Positions 1-9,706 of a stretch of DNA of 64,000 nt are shown piece by piece (position 1 is the first letter of the stretch; every line of letters starts with the position of its first letter). The DNA lies in NCBI GenBank assembly GCA_944383355.1, contig CALWPF010000001.1, positions 28,357 through 92,356 on the forward strand, written 5' to 3'. This DNA is from an uncultured Clostridia bacterium. GTDB lineage: Bacteria; Bacillota; Clostridia; Christensenellales; UBA1242. The notes beneath the pieces are model-generated. The model saw only the letters and a list, made by a program, of their open reading frames with translations, was not told the DNA's origin and made no database searches. A program made the translations under genes and the position numbers.

Positions 1-520
1 CCTGCACCTCAATGTAAAAATCACCTGGAGCAAACATATCACGCAATCGTATTGCTACACGCTCTGCCTCATCATACTTCTCTTGTAGCAACAATCTAGG
101 TATATCCCCCGCCAAACATGCGCTACTACATATCAAACCTTCGCTATATTTCTCTAGTGTATCAAAATCTATCCTAGGTTTGTAATAAAACCCTTTTACC
201 CATGCTATTGAATTTAACTTTATTAAATTTTGATACCCCTTTTGGTTTTTTGCCAAAATTATCAAGTGTGTAATTTGAGGTTTGCCTGATTTTACCGTCA
301 AATCAGGTGAGACATAAAACTCTGTACCTATTATAGGCTTGATACCATTTTTTTTGCATGCCTTAAAAAACTTGACAGCACCATACATATTCCCATGGTC
401 AGTCATCGCACAAGCAACTGCCCCACGTTCTTTTAATATCTTTACTAATTTATCTATCCTCGCAGCACCATCTAGCAAACTATATTCAGTATGTAGGTGC
501 AAATGCACAAAATTTTCCAT
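1..520 (-). CDS. dnaE: DNA polymerase III alpha subunit DnaE, N-terminal PHP domain (partial; 3' part lies beyond the window start)
   Basis: My translation of the minus strand from the ATG at 520..518 gives MENFVHLHLHTEYSLLDGAARIDKLVKILKERGAVACAMTDHGNMYGAVKFFKACKKNGIKPIIGTEFYV, the typical DnaE PHP N-terminus. GGAG sits 7 nt upstream. The ORF is missing from the track because it runs off the edge. Confidence 0.85.
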   Translation of the reverse strand, partial: MENFVHLHLHTEYSLLDGAARIDKLVKILKERGAVACAMTDHGNMYGAVKFFKACKKNGIKPIIGTEFYVSPDLTVKSGKPQITHLIILAKNQKGYQNLIKLNSIAWVKGFYYKPRIDFDTLEKYSEGLICSSACLAGDIPRLLLQEKYDEAERVAIRLRDMFAPGDFYIEVQ

Positions 521-563
521 AGTATTACTCCAAATTAAGTTTATCTATTCTAGTTTTTTACTT

Positions 564-1571
564 TTACGCAGAGTTTTGCGTATCACCAATCTCTTGTTTT
601 GCTCTTATCTCATTAGCTAATTTCATTAATTTCCTGAGTCTGTGATTTATCCCGCTCTTTGTAAGAGGCTCAGTCATCAGCTTTGCTAAATTTTCCATAG
701 TCTCCTCTGGATTGGCCAATCTCAACATACACAACTCATACAGATTAGGTGGCAGAGAATCAAGCCCCACAGTATCCCTAATGTATTCTATTGCCTCAAT
801 TTGACGCAAAGATGCCTCTACCATTTTTTCCATATTGCTATTTAGACAATTTAGCTGCCTATTTAGTTGATTGCGTACTTCTCGTACAGCAAACTCATTT
901 TGCAACACCATTACTGCATTGTTTGCTCCTACCATGGCCAATACATCACTTACTAACTCCGCCTCTTTTACATACACTATATGTAACTTTTTGCGTTGCA
1001 TTAATTTTGCATGTATACCACAACTGCCCAATAAATGTAAAAAATCTCCAGCGAGGTCATATTGACCAAATACAAACTCCAAATGGTATCCACCAGTATG
1101 CTTTTTTAGATTGTTAATATCTTTTATCACGATATTAGCACTAGCACACCCCAAAAATGCTCCAACTATAAAATTTTTGATACAACACTCATTCTCAACA
1201 GTGTGTCTAGAAATACCTCTCACAATGCTCAAGGAGCCATCGTATTCTTTGCGTAAGACATTACAATCAACCAATATCTCAGTTGATATATCAATAGGAA
1301 ACTCTATAATATACCTTATGGTATGATTACCACGCTCCTCACTCTTGAGAGTCAATATATTGCTCTTTGAGTATATTTTTGCAACCAACTTTGACACTCT
1401 ATCAAACAGGTTAGGTAACTCAGTATTTAGCAATATTTGATACTGCTTGTTGACTAATGACACATTCCCACAAGTACGAATAAGCGCAGATAACTGCGCC
1501 TTGCAACAACAAATATTCTCTGGTAATGGAGACTGCACTACCTCACTCTTTGCATCAAACGAAAATGACAT
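564..1571 (-). CDS. whiA: DNA-binding sporulation/cell-division regulator WhiA
   Basis: 335 aa. The N-terminus (FSFDAKSEV...CCCKAQLSALIRTCG) and the C-terminal HTH (LTKSGINHRLRKL) are typical of WhiA. Its position downstream of murB is as in other Firmicutes. Confidence 0.9.
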   Translation of the reverse strand: MSFSFDAKSEVVQSPLPENICCCKAQLSALIRTCGNVSLVNKQYQILLNTELPNLFDRVSKLVAKIYSKSNILTLKSEERGNHTIRYIIEFPIDISTEILVDCNVLRKEYDGSLSIVRGISRHTVENECCIKNFIVGAFLGCASANIVIKDINNLKKHTGGYHLEFVFGQYDLAGDFLHLLGSCGIHAKLMQRKKLHIVYVKEAELVSDVLAMVGANNAVMVLQNEFAVREVRNQLNRQLNCLNSNMEKMVEASLRQIEAIEYIRDTVGLDSLPPNLYELCMLRLANPEETMENLAKLMTEPLTKSGINHRLRKLMKLANEIRAKQEIGDTQNSA

Positions 1572-1653
1572 TTACTCATCTCCCTCAAATATTTAGTGCT
1601 AAAACCTTGTAATTATTATGTTAAATAATCATACTACAAATTTACAATTTTGA

Positions 1654-2403
1654 CTAGGCTTTTTGAGAGTTTTTCTCATGTAAATTTACTATATTGTCCA
1701 GTGGAAAGTCGTGTGCTTTTAGGAATTGTACAATCTTTGAATATTCACCTACTCGCTCTGGGACATGAGCATCACTATTTATAATAAATTTTACACCCAA
1801 GTTGCGCATACAATCTATTTCCTGTTGGTTAAAATATATTCGCTTTGCGTTTAACTCTACAAAAGTTCCCCGCTCTACACAAGCTCGTGCAATCGGTTCC
1901 ACATTGACACGCTTGAGGTCATGCAAATGTACAACGGTAGTTATAGGATACTTCTCAATAGCTCTTACATATGCTTGCGTCAATTTTTCACTATGTTTTG
2001 CACTATCTGGAAAGTAATTTCTAAGGAACAGTGAAAAAAATTCCCTCTTTTTTTTGTAGTGAACAGCCTTGTGGAGCCCCATATTAATAACATCAAAGAG
2101 TTTGCACTCCTCAATAGTCAAATCAATATCCCCATCATAAGATATCAAATTTGCCTCTATACCTAATAAAATCTCTATTGGATAAATACTCCGCAAACGC
2201 TCGATCTCTGTGCGTATTTCAGCTATTTTTTCACGTTTAACTCCATTCAAAAAATGATTGAATCCATGCTCTGTAATAGCAATACTTTTTAATCCTCTCG
2301 CAACTGCTTGTTGTACATTTTGCTCAATAGTACCTGTACCATCACTGTAAATTGTATGTGTATGCCAATCGCTTGTCAATTGGTACTGATTCTCATCAAA
2401 CAT
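1654..2403 (-). CDS. PHP-family metal-dependent phosphoesterase (histidinol-phosphatase-like)
   Basis: Contains the DWHTHTIYSDG and ITEHG motifs. I prefer the ATG at 2403, which starts 1 nt after the murB stop, over the upstream start at 2445 that would overlap murB. Confidence 0.75.
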   Translation of the reverse strand: MFDENQYQLTSDWHTHTIYSDGTGTIEQNVQQAVARGLKSIAITEHGFNHFLNGVKREKIAEIRTEIERLRSIYPIEILLGIEANLISYDGDIDLTIEECKLFDVINMGLHKAVHYKKKREFFSLFLRNYFPDSAKHSEKLTQAYVRAIEKYPITTVVHLHDLKRVNVEPIARACVERGTFVELNAKRIYFNQQEIDCMRNLGVKFIINSDAHVPERVGEYSKIVQFLKAHDFPLDNIVNLHEKNSQKA

Positions 2404-2404
2404 T

Positions 2405-3325
2405 TTATCCTCCCCAGTAAATAATCTCAGGGTGTAATACCTCACCCCATTCCATTTTGATAATAGACTTTACTTTTCTCATCAACCTTCTCACATCATT
2501 ACTAGTAGCATTACCCATATTGACTATATAACCTGAATGTTTTTGAGAGATAGCTGCATCACCCTCACGCATACCTTTTAACCCACTTTTTTCGATCATA
2601 TATGCTGGTGGAATATTGGTGCAATAAAAAGCACTCCCAGCACTACGATAACCAACATTTTGTGTGTTAGCACGAATGCTCGTAAGCTTTTGCATTTTAT
2701 CAATTATCAAATTTTTACTACTTTTGCACAGTTTTAATAATACACCTATTATAACACAGTCCTTTGCATTTGTGAAAATACTTTTGCGATAATTAAAAGA
2801 AATATTTTTGTTTGGTATATTAACAATCTTGTTATTACGCCAAATAGTTACATGTTGTACTATACTTGACATATCACTACCAAAAGCACCTGCGTTCATA
2901 GCGACTGCTCCACCTACCGTACCTGGTATATTTGTAGCAAACTCTAGCCCAGATAAATCAACTTGCATAGCTATGTTTGCAAGTCTGGGCAAACTGACCC
3001 CAGCCTCAGCATAGATAAAATCGCCAAAAACCTCACAACTATTCATATTCCGCATATCAAGCACCACTCCACTTATCCCCTTGCTAGTCACCAATAAATT
3101 GGACCCATTGCCCAGAATATAATACGGTAGATGTTGCTCGTGGCAATGATTCAATATCATTGTAAGCGTACCAAGATTATCAATACTTACCAAAGCACTG
3201 CATTCACCGCCTATACCAAAAGTAGTGTAATTCGCCAATTGAGCGTTATTGATTATACTAACCGAATCAAAATTTTTACACAAAGTACTAGTTATAATTT
3301 TATCCAAATATTTATTTTTGCGCAT
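2405..3325 (-). CDS. murB: UDP-N-acetylenolpyruvoylglucosamine reductase
   Basis: 306 aa with the FAD-binding motifs TTFGIGGEC and ILGNGSNLLV and a MurB C-terminal domain. Confidence 0.9.
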   Translation of the reverse strand: MRKNKYLDKIITSTLCKNFDSVSIINNAQLANYTTFGIGGECSALVSIDNLGTLTMILNHCHEQHLPYYILGNGSNLLVTSKGISGVVLDMRNMNSCEVFGDFIYAEAGVSLPRLANIAMQVDLSGLEFATNIPGTVGGAVAMNAGAFGSDMSSIVQHVTIWRNNKIVNIPNKNISFNYRKSIFTNAKDCVIIGVLLKLCKSSKNLIIDKMQKLTSIRANTQNVGYRSAGSAFYCTNIPPAYMIEKSGLKGMREGDAAISQKHSGYIVNMGNATSNDVRRLMRKVKSIIKMEWGEVLHPEIIYWGG

Positions 3326-4373
3326 AATTTTTACCCTTGAGCCTTAATTCATTCAATGTAGTATTGTCTGTAAATACATTTAGCACATCAAGATTTTGCA
3401 TCATTACGTTTTCAAATTCGCTGTAACTATCCTGGTATATCTTAACACTTGTTACACCAAACATACCAATAGATGTCAGAGTCTTTTGCACAGTTACACT
3501 GCAAAGATATCGAATAAAATTTTTTGCGCAGTTATTAATGGTTTCATCTTGAGTCGTGATCGCCATATATTGTACCAAATCAGTGTAACCACCTAAAAAT
3601 TCGTACTTAATATTACTAATAGTACCTAAATTAACCCTATTTTGCAATCTAAAATAATCCCTCTGCGTGCCCAACAAAACATCAAATTTATTACCTTTCA
3701 AAAAAGCCTCATATGCCTCGTACTGAGTAAATCTTTCACTTGGGTTAATATAGCTAGTAACTCCATCTAGAGCAAGAGAGGCAACATTATATTCACCACC
3801 TGTACCAACAAGCCACATCTCCTCCCCACTAGGCGCTGACGCACTTAGGTCTGTTAGATTTATATCTTCGTCAGTAGTAGCCAATAAATATCCACCCATA
3901 CACCATGGCACAGCTAATTGACTACCATCATAACTACCCGCATCTAATAACTCACTACGCACAGGTGTTTTTATATCCAGAGGTTGACAATAACTGGCAA
4001 ACAACTCACCAGCTCCTATACCAAAGGAGACCATATCAGGTCGCTGTCCCTCTGCAAGCATAGCAGTAGCCTGCTCCACTGTAAGTGTCCTAACATATAT
4101 ATAAACCACATTATTTAACTCCTGAAATTTATAAGCGGTTTTTTCCAAAAATCTTGCACGATTAGCACTACCTCCCTCAAATGTGTCTACCTCCCATAAT
4201 TCCAAAAACACTGTTTCCTTTGGTAAATCTTTGTCCCATATGTTTTGAGAGCCATACACCTTTGGCAGAATAATAAATGGTGCAACAAACAAAAATATAA
4301 TAGCTATTACCAAAAATATTGTGAATACAATATCTTGTTTTTTAAATTTTTTCAAAACAAAAAACCTCGCCAA
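3312..4373 (-). CDS. Hypothetical membrane-anchored protein, weakly resembling an extracellular solute-binding protein
   Basis: 353 aa with one N-terminal TM helix. The ORF is long and overlaps the murB start by 14 nt, suggesting an operon. The family assignment is only an impression. Confidence 0.45.
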   Translation of the reverse strand: MARFFVLKKFKKQDIVFTIFLVIAIIFLFVAPFIILPKVYGSQNIWDKDLPKETVFLELWEVDTFEGGSANRARFLEKTAYKFQELNNVVYIYVRTLTVEQATAMLAEGQRPDMVSFGIGAGELFASYCQPLDIKTPVRSELLDAGSYDGSQLAVPWCMGGYLLATTDEDINLTDLSASAPSGEEMWLVGTGGEYNVASLALDGVTSYINPSERFTQYEAYEAFLKGNKFDVLLGTQRDYFRLQNRVNLGTISNIKYEFLGGYTDLVQYMAITTQDETINNCAKNFIRYLCSVTVQKTLTSIGMFGVTSVKIYQDSYSEFENVMMQNLDVLNVFTDNTTLNELRLKGKNYAQK

Positions 4374-4405
4374 AAATTTGCTATATGTTTATGCGAGATT
4401 TGTTA

Positions 4406-6244
4406 TTAACTTTCGTGAAAATATCGATATATATCCTCAGCATTCTTTGATGTAATATTGGGTACTTTCTTTAATTCTTCTATGCATGCGTCACGTATTG
4501 CCTGTATAGATTTAAAATATCTTATTAAACTTTTACGTTTTACCTCGCCTATACCATCAATCTCATCTAATATGCTGCCCACCTTATTTCGCAAACTCCT
4601 ATGGAATGTAATAGCAAAACGATGCGACTCGTCACGAATCCTCTGGAGCAATTTGAGAGCATTGTTTGTGCGAGATAGCAATATAGGCACCTTACTGTCG
4701 ATGGTATATATCTCCTCTTCTTTTTTTGCTAAACCAACCATAGGTATATCAAAACCACATTTTTGCATAGCCTCTCTAGCGTTGGATAATTGCCCCAATC
4801 CACCATCTATTACAATAAGATCTGGGATAGCCGAAAAACTCGGGTCAGGGTTATCCACTTTTTTTGCTTCGTTAAGGCGTCTAGTAATTACCTCTTGCAT
4901 ACTAGCAAAATCGTTTGCACCTTGGACAGTCTTTATTTTGAATTTGCGATAATGATTAGTACGAGCCTCACCTTCGATAAACACAACCATAGACGCAACA
5001 GACATTACCCCGTTAATATTTGAGATATCATAACATTCCATTCTACTCGGACGCTTATCTAGATGCAATATTTCTCCCAATTGACTCACCGCCCCCACAG
5101 TAAAATCTGCCATACGCTTATCTTGCTCAACAAATTTTTCAATATAAACTTCGGCATTTTTACGTGCCATGTCTAGCAACTTCTTTTTGTCACCTTTTTG
5201 GGGAGCAATAATACTTACACTACCCACATTCCCCAAGACATTGCCCTCTTTACGCCTACTAGTCAACCACTGAGCCAAGCCAGAGTTTGCATCAACATCA
5301 AAGTTCACTGCCACCTCACTAGGGGGCAATGCTATGCTAGAATAATATTGAGTTATAAACTCACTTACTGCATCACGCTCATCTAGTGTGGCATCAATCA
5401 GATGAAAACAATCTATTCCAACACTCCTACCACCACGTACTACCAATACAGCAATAGCCGATACACTACCATTACTAGCCCAAGCAAAACAATCCAAATT
5501 GGCAAAATTTGGCAAAAAGGCAACAGTATGAGAGCCCAACCTATCTAGCGACTTGATAGTGTCACGCAACACAAGCGCACTCTCAAATTGCTCATGTTCT
5601 GCACATTTGAGCATTTTATCAGTCAATATAGATTTAACCTCTTTGTCATCACCATTAAGAAAAGAAATAACTTTTTTTACTAACTCGTGATACTGTGCTA
5701 CGCTAATCTTATCCACACAAGGCGCTGAGCACAGCCCTATATCATAATTTAAACATGGACGACTGCGTTTTTTTAGCACTGGACCTTTACACATTCTCAA
5801 TGGATATGCAAGATTTATGGCTTTTAGGATATCTTGGGGGCGGACTCCAGCAAAATATGGACCAAAATATTTTGCTCCATCTTTTTTTAGTTTCCTTGTG
5901 ATTGTAGGTCTAGGATAATCCTCATGCATATCAATGCGTATATATGGGTATGATTTGCCATCTTTTAACAAGATATTGTAGTACGGCTGATAACGCTTGA
6001 TTAAATTATTTTCAAGAGCAAACGCCTCATACTCATTGGCAACCACAACATAAGTAAAATCAGCGATATTCCCTACCATGGCACGCACTTTTACAGTGTG
6101 ATTTTTGCTAGACTGAAAATACTGCGATACCCTATTTTTAAGATTTTTCGCCTTTCCTACATAAATAACTTCGCCATTTATATTTTTCATTATGTATACG
6201 CCACTACTAGTGGGTAATTCTTGTATTTTCTGTTTTAAATCCAT
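4406..6244 (-). CDS. uvrC: Excinuclease ABC subunit C
   Basis: GIY-YIG motif (GVYIMKN...VIYVGKAKNLKNRVSQY), a UvrC homology region and a C-terminal HhH. I prefer the ATG at 6244 (MDLKQKIQELP) over the track start at 6298. Confidence 0.92.
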   Translation of the reverse strand: MDLKQKIQELPTSSGVYIMKNINGEVIYVGKAKNLKNRVSQYFQSSKNHTVKVRAMVGNIADFTYVVVANEYEAFALENNLIKRYQPYYNILLKDGKSYPYIRIDMHEDYPRPTITRKLKKDGAKYFGPYFAGVRPQDILKAINLAYPLRMCKGPVLKKRSRPCLNYDIGLCSAPCVDKISVAQYHELVKKVISFLNGDDKEVKSILTDKMLKCAEHEQFESALVLRDTIKSLDRLGSHTVAFLPNFANLDCFAWASNGSVSAIAVLVVRGGRSVGIDCFHLIDATLDERDAVSEFITQYYSSIALPPSEVAVNFDVDANSGLAQWLTSRRKEGNVLGNVGSVSIIAPQKGDKKKLLDMARKNAEVYIEKFVEQDKRMADFTVGAVSQLGEILHLDKRPSRMECYDISNINGVMSVASMVVFIEGEARTNHYRKFKIKTVQGANDFASMQEVITRRLNEAKKVDNPDPSFSAIPDLIVIDGGLGQLSNAREAMQKCGFDIPMVGLAKKEEEIYTIDSKVPILLSRTNNALKLLQRIRDESHRFAITFHRSLRNKVGSILDEIDGIGEVKRKSLIRYFKSIQAIRDACIEELKKVPNITSKNAEDIYRYFHES

Positions 6245-6381
6245 GCTAAAAATTATATACCAAAAATAAAAAAATAGCAATATTTTTGATTGCCCCAATT
6301 AATTCCTTAACATATTATTTGCACAAAAATATTTTTTTGAGCATATCTAATTTTAAAAAATAACACCATAAGGAGATAACT

Positions 6382-6594
6382 ATGACTGTCTCACAGAGTT
6401 TAGTGTTAGTTTTATTGATATCTATAGTAGTAGGTATAACGGGTACCGACCTAAATACTAATTCCAATTTCCTAATACTGTTATTAATAGCCCTAATCGC
6501 ACTGTCTAGAGCAAACGCTTGTTTTACCAATAATTGCCCTAATAATACAACTACTGTAACTACAACTAATGGTAGCACATTTGCATTATTCTAA
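6382..6594 (+). CDS. Candidate small (70 aa) two-TM membrane protein with a Cys/Asn/Thr-rich C-terminal tail
   Basis: AAGGAGA lies 6 nt upstream of the ATG and a terminator hairpin lies downstream. No family was recognised. The fully antisense ORF 6315..6578 has no SD. Confidence 0.35.
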   Translation: MTVSQSLVLVLLISIVVGITGTDLNTNSNFLILLLIALIALSRANACFTNNCPNNTTTVTTTNGSTFALF

Positions 6595-6640
6595 ATGACA
6601 TAGACAATTTTACGCATAGTTTATTCATCAAATTACAAAC

Positions 6641-6676
6641 AAAAAAACACTTGTTAGTAATAACGAAGTGTTTTTG
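6641..6676. terminator. Bidirectional rho-independent terminator
   Basis: 8-bp stem AAACACTT/AAGTGTTT with an A-run upstream and a T-run downstream. It sits between the convergent ends of the 6382 ORF and the 6680 gene. Confidence 0.6.
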
Positions 6677-6679
6677 AGT

Positions 6680-8212
6680 TTAATCTTTTTGTTCTGTTGA
6701 TTTAATCTCTTGCTCAACATTGTTTTCTGACTTGCTTTTTTTGACATTTTTGCCAGACTTATTTTGTGCTGACTTTGCTGTTTTTGATTTTTTGCTTGAG
6801 TTTGTAGTCTTTTTTACTTGACTATTTCCACTCCTAGATAATTTTCTCTTAGTTTCGCCTTTTACGACAGGTGTAGTAATACTCTCTTCATCATTGAGCA
6901 ATTGATTAATATCGTTTGATTTTCTTTTAAATTTTAATTTGAACTCACGTTCTTCCTTTGGAGCAAAAATGTTGACATCAGCATCTTGACTAAGGTCTAA
7001 TATATCTGATGTACCTACTTCACTAACCGACACTGCCCCAGAGGCAACCAATTCCTCTCTTTCTCTCCTTGCCTCTCCTACCTCTAACCTCTCTTGCATT
7101 ACTACAGATATTACAGCAGCTACTGGAGCAGACAAAATCATACCTATGACACCAAACAACGCCCCACCTATAATCAACGCCGACATGGTCACTATTGCAC
7201 GCATATTGAGTCGCTTACTAATAATGAATGGAGGTAAAAAGGTAGTAACAAGTGCCCAATCTACTATACCAAATATCAGTGCAATCAACAATAAATCTAC
7301 CGAGCTAAATACTAGCATCACTAATACCAACGGTACTGCCGCTACAAATCCACCAATATAAGGTATAATAGATAAAACTCCAAGTATCAGTGCCATCAAT
7401 GGTGCATAAGGCACCCCTATTATCTCATATCCTATCCAAGCTATCACAAAGATGACAAACATTACTATAACATTACAAATAACAAACTGATTTAGCATTG
7501 AGTGACTGCGTCTAGTGATTGTTACGATTTCATCAGCCTTTTTACGGTCATTATAAGCATAAGTATAACGCCTTGATGTCTTAGCTATCAACTCTTTGTC
7601 CTTTAATAACAAGAAAGAAAGTATCAAACCTATTACAATATTCAGCAAAATTGACACTGTATCCATCAAATATGTCATAACATTTGATAAAAAGTCAGGT
7701 AACATCGCCTGTATAGCCTCAACTATACCATTTACTGCTGCATTTACCATCTCTTGGGCATCTTGTTCATTGAACCATGGCAGGCTACTGATAAACTCAG
7801 TAATTCCTACTTGTATTCGATTGAGATAAGTATCGCCCTGTTCTGTAAATAGTTGCACTAGACTTACCATATTAGGTATAATTAACACCATTAGTAAGAT
7901 TACTAATCCAATTATAAATACATAACAAATGGTTAGTGATATAGCACGTTTGTAGCCCTTTGCATGTGGATTACCTACAAAGGCATTTCTCAATAACTTG
8001 TTTTCTATCCAATTAACTGGAGCTATCAACAAAAATGCCACCACTAGACCTATCAATATAGGTGTAATACCACCCAAGAGAGAGTAAAAAAGATTTTTGA
8101 ACGTCTCGCCTGCCATGTTCGACAATAGCAATGCACATAACACTGCTATAAAGAGCCAGACATACCACTTACGATTTTTTGGCTTTTTTTCTGCTAAAAA
8201 ATCTTGCTCCAT
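6680..8212 (-). CDS. AI-2E family transporter (PerM/UPF0118-like) with a long Lys/Ser-rich C-terminal tail
   Basis: 510 aa and polytopic. The IPYIGGFVAAVP segment is typical of the AI-2E family. The last ~110 aa are low-complexity and basic. Confidence 0.75.
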   Translation of the reverse strand: MEQDFLAEKKPKNRKWYVWLFIAVLCALLLSNMAGETFKNLFYSLLGGITPILIGLVVAFLLIAPVNWIENKLLRNAFVGNPHAKGYKRAISLTICYVFIIGLVILLMVLIIPNMVSLVQLFTEQGDTYLNRIQVGITEFISSLPWFNEQDAQEMVNAAVNGIVEAIQAMLPDFLSNVMTYLMDTVSILLNIVIGLILSFLLLKDKELIAKTSRRYTYAYNDRKKADEIVTITRRSHSMLNQFVICNVIVMFVIFVIAWIGYEIIGVPYAPLMALILGVLSIIPYIGGFVAAVPLVLVMLVFSSVDLLLIALIFGIVDWALVTTFLPPFIISKRLNMRAIVTMSALIIGGALFGVIGMILSAPVAAVISVVMQERLEVGEARREREELVASGAVSVSEVGTSDILDLSQDADVNIFAPKEEREFKLKFKRKSNDINQLLNDEESITTPVVKGETKRKLSRSGNSQVKKTTNSSKKSKTAKSAQNKSGKNVKKSKSENNVEQEIKSTEQKD

Positions 8213-8215
8213 ATC

Positions 8216-9682
8216 CTACTCCCCTTTTTTCTTTTTTTTGGATTTTGATTGCTGTGGCAATGTGCCCACATTACCATTAGCCCTCAAATTTTCGTAATAC
8301 GCATCTTCCTCCTTAAATCTATCTAGCAACGGTTGAATCTTTTTGTTACCAAACGCAAAATCATAGAACATTACTAACATACCTTGGATAAGGTACCCAT
8401 AGTAGGTCAATATTCTCCAAAATAATACCGCCCACGCAGCACAAGATGTAAATAGACTAGCAAATAGTGCATTAAAAGATAATTCAGCTACACCAGCAGC
8501 TCCTGGCCAAGGCACAAAACTCACTGCCAAATCACAAACAACTGTCATAACCATAATATTTGCCCACATATTGAGGTCAAATGGGTTGCCAAATGCACAA
8601 TAGATCAGGAATGGCAAACTGTATATTAGTAACATATACAAAATGGAAATAAATACCTCAGATACAATTATCCAGCCATTACTCATAAACTTTCTAAAAG
8701 TAGCTACATACTCACGCACAATTCTCATAACTTGCACGTACTTGCGCCTATAATCTTTTACCAAATGCATTTTGTTACAAAGCTTTAATATGCCTATAGT
8801 AAACGAAGGTGCTGCTTTTTTACTCACAGACAAAAACACAATAGCACCTATGAGTAGCAAATTGAGAGCCAACCCAATGTAGCAAAGTGTCAAAATTGCT
8901 GGTGAAAGGGTAAGTATATATGCTTGCTTGAGTATAAATACTACTATGATAAAGAACATATAAGTTATTTGCGCATACAAATACTTTGCCAGCGGTACAC
9001 TGGTAGCACTACTAGCAGACAATCCCCTTTTGTGTAGGTAAAATACCTGAAATGGCTGTCCGCCTGTTGCTAAAGGAGTCACACAATCATAAAAGCGTTG
9101 AATGGTAACAGATTTATAACTGAGCCACGGTCTAGACCGTCCTGTGGAGAATTTTATCAAAATCCATGTACGCATTCCATCCAATGCATTTATTAAGAAA
9201 AAGAATCCTACAGCCAGCAGTATCCACCACCAATTGATAGTCTGTGTAATCAATTCGGCAAAAGAAACAGATTCTTCACCGGATAACTGCACCCACAAAA
9301 TTACAACCAGTACTATTACATTCACTAACAAAAAAATCGCACTGAGCCAACGCTTTTTTGTAGAGCGCTGTTTACTAACAGTGGAATTTGCCCCAGACAT
9401 GATGTTTTTTGTAATCTCATCGCTGTCTATTTGCTTTATCTCCTCTGCTACCGCATGTGCAGAAAAAGAGGATAATTTTTTTATGTTATTTAACTTTTTT
9501 TTGAGTGGCAAAAAGGCTTGTTTTTTGTATAAAACAGCCTCTTTCTTTTGTTCTCTTGTAACTATATCTCTCGGCATAGTCAAGAGCGTTGTGTCATCGT
9601 CATCTAAGTCTTGTGCCATATAGTCTCCACTCAATATCTTCCCAAGTAATGTTATATTATCAAATATATCTAAATTTGTCAA
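8216..9682 (-). CDS. UPF0104 / lysylphosphatidylglycerol-synthase-TM-region-like (flippase-like) membrane protein
   Basis: 488 aa and polytopic. The segment TPLATGGQPFQVFYLHKRG is typical of the family. An alternative start is the ATG at 9619 (MAQDLDDDD). Confidence 0.65.
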   Translation of the reverse strand: MTNLDIFDNITLLGKILSGDYMAQDLDDDDTTLLTMPRDIVTREQKKEAVLYKKQAFLPLKKKLNNIKKLSSFSAHAVAEEIKQIDSDEITKNIMSGANSTVSKQRSTKKRWLSAIFLLVNVIVLVVILWVQLSGEESVSFAELITQTINWWWILLAVGFFFLINALDGMRTWILIKFSTGRSRPWLSYKSVTIQRFYDCVTPLATGGQPFQVFYLHKRGLSASSATSVPLAKYLYAQITYMFFIIVVFILKQAYILTLSPAILTLCYIGLALNLLLIGAIVFLSVSKKAAPSFTIGILKLCNKMHLVKDYRRKYVQVMRIVREYVATFRKFMSNGWIIVSEVFISILYMLLIYSLPFLIYCAFGNPFDLNMWANIMVMTVVCDLAVSFVPWPGAAGVAELSFNALFASLFTSCAAWAVLFWRILTYYGYLIQGMLVMFYDFAFGNKKIQPLLDRFKEEDAYYENLRANGNVGTLPQQSKSKKKKKGE

Positions 9683-9706
9683 AAGAAAAATAAAAAAATT
9701 GGGACA

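Noticed and set aside
339-620. 93-aa plus-strand ORF spanning the dnaE/whiA junction
   Set aside because: It is antisense to the well-supported dnaE N-terminus and the whiA 3' end, with no SD.
4458-4952. Long antisense ORFs opposite confidently called genes (for example 4458..4952, 9144..9623, 21699..22178, 41719..42219, 50287..50664 and 12404..12766)
   Set aside because: All are embedded antisense in genes with clear family signatures, lack ribosome-binding sites, and have low-complexity translations typical of shadow ORFs in AT-rich DNA.
6315-6578. 87-aa minus-strand ORF antisense to the 6382..6594 small ORF
   Set aside because: There is no SD upstream of its start, and it is a mirror of the plus-strand ORF, which does have a strong SD. 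At most one is real.
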